DNA of 64,000 bases from Tubiluchus corallicola (Eukaryota > Animalia > Priapulida), in assembly GCA_030141605.1 (NCBI GenBank), contig JAQGDQ010000016.1, forward strand, positions 116,642 through 180,641, written 5' to 3'. Below, piece after piece: positions 54,472 through 64,000 of this stretch. The notes beneath the pieces are model-generated. The model made no database searches. It saw only the letters and a list, made by a program, of their open reading frames with translations, and had not been told where the DNA came from. Every line of letters starts with the position of its first letter. The first letter of the stretch is position 1. The position numbers and the translations under genes are program-made.

Positions 54472-56184
54472 CGGATTAGTTCAGGAACGACTGTGGTTGG
54501 ACCTTTAAGAATTAGCGTATTGAGACTGTATCCAGTGGCGTTAGCTGAGGGTGAAACTGAGGTTGTCTTTACCATTCCGGAGGTGAAGGGGTGCATTCAC
54601 CCTCAGGCAAAGTCATATGTACCTGAACCATCCATACTGCCAACTGCGAAAACATGGCCTAACAGACCTTCAGAACCTGGAGGTATAGCCAATCAACGTT
54701 TAGTTAAACATAGTTTTTCTGTATCTATATATATGTGTGGTTTTTAATATGACAGCTATAAAAAGGAATTTTGTGGACACAAAAATCATTGTTTTAATAA
54801 AAAAATTCATGATGTTCGTCTTATAATAGTGACCGTAATAAAAGTTTACTTGGTATGTCGAAAGACTGTCATAGACTAGCTTTCATCACTGCATAGAATT
54901 ACACTGAAGTTGTATTTTCCATTATTCCTAGCTTATTCCATTATTCCAAACACTTTAAGAAGTTAATGTTTTTGTGCAGTGCTATTTTATACTCTGCCGA
55001 TGAGATCACTACCTCCGATACTGGATGGATTTTAGTCTGTATTCCCTAATATACCGTAATCCTGCAATGCTGTTTTCAATTACCATTTGTTTACTAATTT
55101 GACTAAAATTTGTTGGTAATTACTAATTTGTTATTTTTAAAGTAATCTTTGTGTACATATTTTTGTTTAAGTGGAATGTATTTGCTCATCATTTTTGTGT
55201 TCACTGTAGAACCCAAGTGTGTTGTTGGTAACGCAATGGATATGGAAGAAGTTTTACCTGACAATGCCATTAGGGATCAGGATGGAAATGATGTGGAAGA
55301 TCGCCTTAAACTTGGTTTGTTGATGTGTACTCTATAGCGATTAATTTAATTATAAATTTTATGTTCAAATGTGGCTGGTTACCTGTAAAAGCTATTCTTT
55401 TTGTATATTTATTACGGATTGTTTTTGTTAATCTGCTGCACTGATGCATAAGATTGTCATATTATAATTATGAAAAGTAATGTAATAATTATGAAAAGTA
55501 ATGATATATAATTTGTTGCATAATCGTAAACTTATAAAAACACGAGTAGTCCCGAGTGGCATATTATTCTAATCTTTTTTTACCTTTATGTTCCTTCTAT
55601 TTATGAATCTGATATGTGTGATATAGTATCTATAGTACACGTGATTTATATTTTAAAAAACATAATGTTTTATTATGAACAGCTATTTGTTGAAAGTTAA
55701 TCCATTTCTTCTATCTCTCTGACTCTGATTATTCCAGAAAGTTTGGATAAGCAATTGCACATGCAAACATTTTCTTGCAGGTCAAGCTGGAGATGCCTGT
55801 TCTCAGGAGCAAATAGATTCAGACGATTGTTCTGTTAGCGTAAGGTTTTCCGCCGTTTGTGGAGGCAAGCCCGTGTATGTGTCCCACGTTATGATCCAGG
55901 GCAATGTTGCAGAATATAAAGTGCGACTTGAGGTTGCCAGAAGTGGTCCTCAAGGACCAACGTTATCAGAATCTGTAACTGAAACCCTAGCAGAGGGAAA
56001 CCAAAATCCCACAAATCTTAATCCTTTTCCTTTTGCTCTGCCGTCGAATGATCGTGTGGCAGCGTTTGGTCTTCCTGAGGACTTGGAAAGAGTCGGAGTT
56101 GAGGACGAATGCTTAGAAAAGGGAGAATATACTGAAATTTGGGTGAGTCTTATACCATTTTGAGAGTTGTGTAGAAAACAAAAA

Positions 56185-56228
<44 letters not shown>

Positions 56229-56949
56229 TGATTCTTTGTGGAAAGTCTAGTGGAAAATCTTTGAGCAAAATTGATTTTCTGCATGCTTAGCTTTGCAGCC
56301 AAACACTTACCGTAAGCACTGTACTACTTCCTTTGCTCAAACCATACCAAGGTTATCTTAAATCAACAATGTAGCACTAGTCAATAGAGCACTTTAAATG
56401 GACCCGGGGACTTCTCAATGTCCGGCGTTGTTCACACTATACGTACTAAACCAGTGAATTTTTGCCATTTTACTATGTGAAATATATGCTTTAAGGTACA
56501 TCAGAGAAAACTAGTGCTTTACCAAAGCAAACATTAGTAACTAAATCTGGTATAGACATTTAGTTCAAGCTTATTACAAGAAATAAGTAATTTTTCATTA
56601 TTAGCCAATCATTGAAGCCACATGTAGCGATAAGTCTTTTTCCAGTACCAGCAATCGATGTTCGTGAAAAGGTCAAAGGTTATGTGAACTGAATAACACA
56701 TTTGTGTTCACTTGACAATGCCCCGCAGCCCATGCTATTGTAATAGTAACAGTGTCAGTGTCGTGTGAGAGTTGTAGCTAAGATGCCCTGGGTTCAGATG
56801 ACCTTTGACCTACAGCAGCTGTACGTAGTTAAACTGTGAAAAGGCTCATTAAAATCACTTTGAGAATGCTAATGGCCAGTATATGTATATGTACCCTATG
56901 TGTGCTTCCTAACCGCTGAGTCATTTTCACAAGACATTAGCTTTTAGTA

Positions 56950-57048
<99 letters not shown>

Positions 57049-60000
57049 CATGCGTGCATGTGTGCAAGCATGAGTGTGTGTGCATATAACGACACACTGC
57101 ATGTGTTTCAAGAATATATCATATAATTTATTCCAAATAAACATTAGTTTCAATTTGCACTTTGAAAGTTTTGTCTTACTGATATCTTATATCTTACTGC
57201 ATGTGGCACGATGACAAATTGAAATTGACTCACTACAGCCCAACCGGTTGCCTACTGGGAGGCTCAAATTTAACCAAATTTTAACGTTGTTGTCAACTTT
57301 TTTCGAGGTGAAAGAGAAATTTAAATTTGTCGTTTTAATTAGAAGTAGCATGAATTTTGCAGTCAGCTTGTTTTGTTAAGGCTGAGCCAGTTGTGTATCA
57401 TTGTTGCTGAGTAAGGTTGACTGGTTACTCACAGTTATTTATTGTTGTTTCAACTTAAAAATAATTAAATTTATATGTGACAAAACTTTCGTTAAGTTTC
57501 AATACATTACAAAACAAAATCTAAGATCACATAAACTTTTTAACAAATATAGTTGTTTTAAATTTTTAGCACGTCACGTCAGGTGTTTTACTAATAAACG
57601 AGAAGGTTTATGAAATTCAATTGTACCCATTTCGGAAGAAACGAGCGACAAGTGAGGAAGAGATTAGATTTACTGTCCCGACGATATTTGGATGTTTCAC
57701 ACCTCCAGGTGAGTGACTGTCACTTTTAGTTTTAGTTTTAACTTCTTTTGTTTCAATTGCCCCAACAATGTGAGTAGTCACTCATCGTAAGCAGCTGCAG
57801 TAAAAAGTAAAAATGTCTGTGCATATGTATCCAGAAAGGTACAATACTCGTAATTATTATTTATTGATAAGTGATATCTGCTGCTATGCTTGAAACAATT
57901 GAAGTTGTAGGTAAGAAAGAAACAATATTTTGGTAAAAGAATTCCGCAGATAAGAAGCCCGAGAGAAGAACATGAAATTATAACAGCTATCCTGCATCTA
58001 GGAATGTCAGGTATGGAAATAATGGTAGTTACAGCTGGGCTAATACTATATGGAATTGTTGACATTTTGGAACTAATGACAAGAGATCCTGAGAGCATCT
58101 TCTATTAGACTAGTGATTTTATTTACTAAATATAAGCTTATAGCAAAAATAATACAATATAAATTTGTCATTAAATGATAGCTATTTAACTAGTGAAGAA
58201 ATCAGTAAAAGAGATCCATTACTGGAACCAGTTTTTCCATTTAGTGTTTACTCCAAGACCTTCCTGCACCAAAATGGATGGCATTGAAAATCATCTGGTA
58301 ATACCAAACAGTTTTCTGACTGATGGGAATGGCTATACCGTACCCGAAGCTCGTGATCCAGAAATGGGTTGGACTTGTGTTGTCGATGAGTATGATGAGT
58401 GCTTGGTTCAAATACAAACTTCAAAAGATGATGGTGTTGTTCTTTCACATTTGAAAGTGACTAGTGATGCTCCGATGGTCGAAATTAGTCTGAAGAAGAC
58501 CGATACTAGTGCACCAATACGTTTAGGGGTATGAGAATAAGTATCCCGTGGTAAAAACTTATTAGATACTTATACATTAAACTTGTATCAAAACTTACCT
58601 TTTTTAAAGATCGCTTTGTTGGCTTTCATAAATTTTCAATGCCTTTGCTAAAATGCGTTCATGTTTCAGTAACTGTTGTCTATGCCTATACTACAACTGC
58701 CATAAATTAGTCGTTATCATTCATTAAATAATGATTGTACATATTATTGTTTTGATGATGCCAGTCATTCTCTTACCTCTTATTCCTGCTGAAGTTCTTG
58801 CTCTTAATTGCACCAGACTTCCTCTATATTCACTTGCAGCTCAGTCGGTGGGTTAGCTTACCAGAAATGCGTTGTCTGGTTCAGGCATGTTTATTGGTGA
58901 ATCGTTGATTTGCATAGCTGCGAGCAATCGCTTGCAGTTTTGCACATGAAACACTACAGTTTTTGAAAGTGTTTTTGCAAGATATCGAACTGCACCTAAA
59001 CATAAAAACAGCCAATGAACTCTGAGTTTATGAACATCAGCTTTTAAATGTTATAGTGGCATCAAAATTTCCTGCTTGCTGTATTTAATTTCTAAGTAAT
59101 TTCTTAGTAAATCAAATTATGAAAGGTTTCATATCACAATCATAGATTGTGAGAACTACATATTGAGTTAACTCATTTATCGCTGTTCAGCTTTAACAGC
59201 TTGCCTGTTTCTTGCACATATTTCTGGGATATCATTACTATTATCAATTATCTAGGCATTTCCAACTGGAACCATTGTGAATTTGTTTGACGTTCGGGCC
59301 AAGTACATCATAATTAGGCCACGACCAAGCGAGGATCAACTAGAAATCAACTTGGTTATAAATGAACTGTACGGTTGTTTCCCAGACTCCGTCAAACTTT
59401 GCACAGAGACTGATGCGTTTGGGGAGCAAGTTGTCCCGTCTTCTTTCTCTATTAGGGACCAGGATGGAGCGGACATAGCCGACAGCATCCACATCGGTAA
59501 AAGATCTCTTAACTGCTTTTGCAATATAATGTCATTTTGAAGTATTTTTTCAACTAAACTGTTTTGCAGTGTACAATTCAGTGTTTTTGAAAGCTTTACC
59601 ATTGCAGTATACTTAGTTGTGCTGCCCAAGCAGACTGGCAAGGAAACAATTGCAAATTCATGATATTGTGAGATAGTTTATACTTGCGTGCTTAGTGACA
59701 GATGTTAGTAAATGTTGAGCTAGTTCCAAAAAACAGATGGGTAACCATCATGAAATTTGTTTTTGGGCAGTTTCATTTGCATAACCATTTGGTCGATCCT
59801 CTCAGTAAATTGTAAGCATGGCTAAGACCCTCTGTTGATCCAGTGGCTTGACTTATTGGGTTGCATTCGATAACTAGCTTGGTCTTGCCACAACTACCAA
59901 CATAATAAGTAGACTGGTACTAGTTGTCAGCTAAAAATGTACTTTTCAAATGTTCTTTTTTTCTACATTTTAAAGCTCTGTTGCAATGGCAATTTGTGTC

Positions 60001-63000
60001 AACTAACTTTTTTCACTCTTAGGAGGCTTTACATGCAGCACGGACGATATGATGACTGAAAGTTGCTTTGCTGAAATCGACTTACAGGATGACACAACGA
60101 AACTAAGAGAAATTTCACAGCTTACTATAGGCGGCACACTTTCAGCGGTGAAGGTTATTCTAACTCCAAAGCCCAAAAATTTTCCAGAGGTACGGTCACT
60201 TACTTCAACAGTTTTTGAAACTTTTTACTTTAAGGACACCACGGAGGAGGCAATGTATGATTATTAAAATCAAAAGTATATTGTATGCGATATATTTCAT
60301 ATTATTGCAGTACAACTGATTTATCATCAAAATGGCTGATTCTAACGATCATCTCGGGAGTTTAAATTTACATGTTTTATACAGCGTTACTGCTGACGCA
60401 AGTCCTATATGCAAAAAGGCAGTATTTAAGTGGTATAAAATTTCAAGACGAATTTTTAAGGTTTATCGTTAATTGCTGCTACAAGCTGTTAAAGTATAGG
60501 TCACCCATGGTATTTAGACTGATGCCAAATGTTTTTTACTTAAATAAAATGCTTTTGATTCAGTTTATGTACCTTACTATTCAATGCATGGTTGGTGTTT
60601 TTAGAAATAATGCCAGTAATATTTTGTTCTGCATAATTTAATTAATGATTACTGTTTTCTTATATTAGCTGCATGCTGTTGGTGATATTGAAATTGGACC
60701 AAGACTAGTGTCAATCATTCGACTGTATCCCGTTGGTTTGGCACAAGGTGAAACCGAAGCCACACTAACATTGTCACAATTGAAGGGTTGCTTCGATTTC
60801 AAAGGTAATGAACTGTTTCAATTCAGTGTTTAAATCTATTTTGTACAGTTTCATTATTACTTATTGTGCAAACTGGCAAGGTATGCAGAACAAATAGTTC
60901 TATAGTGACGAGCTAAATCAAACAGTTATATTGTAGTCAGTCATAGCAAGAAATTACATTTTTTGCACTTATCGAACAAAATGCATGAAGTAATCACCGT
61001 GATTACCTGTTTTGCAGAGAACTGTACCATTCGTTTGGAAAGCGACACATTATCAGAAGAAAAATCTGTCAGTTTGTTGGGATTAACGGCTGTCATTAGA
61101 GCAGAGGCAGTAGAATTGTCCTTTGATAAGCCTCGCGATATCACCTCTTTGGCTTTAGCTACGGAAGAATATAATAAAGTATTGATTGAGTTTGCTTATG
61201 ATGGCAACTATTATCCATACATTGATACGGCAACAGATTTGCCAAAGGTGGGTGTGACTCTCAAAAAATGCAGGCATTTAGTTATGAAAGGCTGTTCAAT
61301 TTTGACAAGAAATAACTGCTTAAATTTAGGAAAAAATCGTTTTCAAATTTTTGTTCTTGCGTAAAATACAGATGTGGAAAATCGCCTTCATTGCAAATCG
61401 TAAACTACAGTGTAAGATAAAAAAATTGATACAAGCAGGTATGATTTGCTTTATAGGTCGTAGAAACAACTTCTGAAATTAAAGAAGCCAAGCGCTTGGA
61501 CTACACACTCTTCGGCATCAGCAGCTTAAAACTGACACCATTGGAACCACCAGAATTGATTAGCATAAACACCACTGCTTCAGCTGAACCATATTTGGAA
61601 ATTTCAGGAGGATTTACCTACATCCTCATTGAAGCATGTGAATCAGGTAATCAGTTATACCCTTGTTTTGCCTGCCCCATGGTGTTTTCTGTTAATTTTA
61701 TCCCCTATGTCCTTGTTGCATCTAGGCTGCATTATTGCTCCAACCTCTTCAGTGTCTTTTGTAATATCTAGCTTTTTTAAATATACTGCTGTCTCCACTG
61801 TCCCATGCAACCACTGAGTGTTCATTATTATTAAATGCCCTTTGAACTGTTTGTCACCATTTTATACTAGTTGCCAAAATTATTACACTGGAGGATGACC
61901 TAGTGTTTCTAATGCACCTATTACATTTTTTATATTGAAAATATATGAGTGAAAACATTTATTCAATGCTTTGTCTAATACAAAATCCCATTATTTTTCT
62001 GCGTACAGGGATTTGAGTACCTGTATGTTATATGATACCGATAATAGCTATTGAATACTATTATGATTATCTACAAGAAAAATCAAGAGTCACTGCATTG
62101 ATTTCCTTGTAAAATTCTTATCCAAAATAGTAAGGTTGTCCCAAATTGAGTATGTTAAAAATTCTGATATCTGCTGACATTTCCCTAGATGATATGTAGT
62201 GTATTATCAAGCAATCCTCAAATGCTACTTGCACCTTGACCCCATGCTTAGAAAACTTGTTGAATTTCTTGATTGCCTGGTGCCGCTTTTAACCAAAATT
62301 GTTAGTTTGTCATTGCAGCATGGACCATTTGTGGATGACTGGAGATGAACCTTGGTACAATCTCTTTTTAAAAAAGTTGGGCTTGATTTAGTATTTCAAA
62401 ATCACGGTCCCATAAGTACTTTCTGTTTCTTGTCAAAACTAACTGTGAAAACAGTAGTCACAAACATATTGCTTTGAATTCACTTCTTTCTAGTTGTCCG
62501 TCTTCTTACAATATTAAAATTCAGTGAGATATTTTGTCAAAAATGGATAATCAACACACTGTTTTGCTTGACTTAAGTGCCGTTTTTGACACTTTTAATC
62601 ATTCAGCATTATTTTAAGTTTTGAACAAAGAGTGTAGTGTAGACAGCAATGTTCTAAAATGAATCTCATCTTACTTATACGACAGATCAAAAAAATCTAT
62701 TTAAAAATTTATTGCTGCAGGACCAACCCTACCTTTGCACATCAGAGAACTTTCAACGTTCTTAGTGTTTTTTAAAAAAGGGATTAGCAAATTCTAATTT
62801 AAGATAGCATGCAGCCTTTAAGGTGATCAAATTATTTGTCATGATATTCTTGTATCTTTATGAATCTGTGAGTTTTTGTGTATTTACCTGTCATAATTTC
62901 GTAGGCTTACTGTTTAATCTTGTGAACTTCTTAATTCTTGTGAAGCATCTTTGAATATTGTCTGTCGTATTGTTTATAGATTTAGACAAACAAAAGACAA

Positions 63001-64000
63001 ACAATATATACTACACAAAATAAATATTATTGTTATTTTTGTTATTATTTATTATTATTTTTTATTATTATTATTATAGCTCATTGAAATGTTGGCAGAA
63101 TGTCATACTTTGGAAATTATCATTTGTGTGTTAGTGGAATGTATTAACCAGTAGGTCTATGTCTTGTTTTTGTACACTGATGTTTTGTTTTTTTAATTCT
63201 ACATTTTTCAAACATTGGAATTTGAAAGTGATAGCAAAAGGAAGATCAACTAAACAAAATGAAATGCATAGTAATGGTAGTTGTTGACCCAATCTGTGCT
63301 TTTCTTCATTGCTTGTAATAGTTTTGCTAACAAATCTAGTCGATCATTTGGCCATTTTCTGCATTTTGCAGCATGTCTCGAAGGACAACTTAAATGCAGT
63401 AATGGTAAATGTGTTCAAGCAGCAGGAAATTACAGCGTCTTGTGTGATGGTGTGGATGACTGCGGTGACAGTTCAGATGAATTACACTGTGGTAAACAAA
63501 ATAATCGTATCTGTTCCATAAAAATTTATTTTCAAGGTGGTTGTGAAAATTATTAATTATACAAAGGTAAAGAACAAGAGAATTGCTGTAAAAAGAATTA
63601 TTGAAAATTAGCCCAGATAAAAATGCAGTAGATGCTCTGTATGTGTCGCAAGCATGAATGATAAAAAATCTTGTCATATATAGAATGATCTATGTATTTG
63701 AGGTCAGTAGGAGACCTCAAGGTCAGCAAGTGACTTTGTGAGTTCTACAAGGTTCTTGATATACTCTGCAACTGCGTTTTCAAGTCTGAATTTCAAAGAT
63801 GGGGATTACGGTCGTATTATCTTCAATGTGTATCAGAGCTCTTAGCTTTTCAAAACTGACAGACCAGTTCAAGTTTATTCTGAAACTTTAAATTTTTCTT
63901 AGTTTTATCAAAGAGTCAGAAATTATCTACCTGTACGATAAATGTTGAAAGAGTAAATATGTTTCAGGAACAAGAACTTGGACTTTCACTGCAACACCCC
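54472..64000 (+). CDS. Multi-exon coding region with tandem divergent discoidin/F5-8 type C-like repeats and an LDLa module (761 aa visible, partial at both ends); probably the continuation of the CDA-like gene
   Basis: Exons 54472-54682, 55210-55314, 55781-56142, 57570-57708, 58245-58528, 59256-59496, 60023-60189, 60669-60804, 61018-61247, 61457-61646, 63372-63491, 63903->64000. All are AG/GT bounded, phases chain correctly and there is no stop. Repeats start with Cys and end GC/AC (VKGC, IFGC, ELYGC, LKGC, IEAC); RAKYIIIRP...INELYGC resembles the F5/8C C-terminus. 63372-63491 is a clear LDLa ([31 protein letters not shown]). Exon structure is solid; the fold assignment and the linkage to the upstream part are inference. 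Confidence 0.85.
56632..56847 (+). mobile_element. MITE family M1, copy 10 (internally deleted)
   Basis: Both ends present, ends CTGTGAAAAGGCTC|att. Confidence 0.75.
56951..57081. repeat. (TG)n microsatellite (another at 56186-56230)
   Basis: Seen directly. Confidence 0.97.
62100..62700 (+). mobile_element. Highly decayed L2-like reverse transcriptase fragment in an intron
   Basis: Broken frames give [30 protein letters not shown] and [12 protein letters not shown], resembling L2 RT motifs. Confidence 0.65.

Overview
AT-rich, intron- and microsatellite-rich animal (probably invertebrate) genomic DNA. Most ORFs in the supplied track are microsatellite or antisense artefacts; the real genes are spliced and were reconstructed by eye from GT-AG sites and exon phases. 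(1) Minus strand: two intact, recently duplicated 6-exon cytosolic sulfotransferase (SULT) paralogs (13234-20930, 326 aa; 25872-38436, 327 aa), plus two relic SULT pseudogene fragments (about 2.4-4.0 kb and 40.4-42.0 kb), inside a mosaic tandem segmental duplication. (2) Plus strand, transcribed divergently from 42304: a secreted protein with signal peptide, LDLa and a chitin-deacetylase-like (CE4) domain whose catalytic motifs are altered. After a TTAA-flanked long-TIR transposon that contains a 100-N assembly gap come 12 more phase-compatible exons. These encode at least five divergent Cys-bracketed, discoidin/F5-8C-like repeats and another LDLa, and run off the window end. (3) Mobile DNA: a 4.8-kb decayed CR1-group LINE in one SULT paralog only, LINE fragments, a 10-copy MITE family, a hAT MITE with an 8-bp TSD, foldback elements and SINEs, plus many mini- and microsatellites. 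All identities rest on motif recognition; no database search was run.
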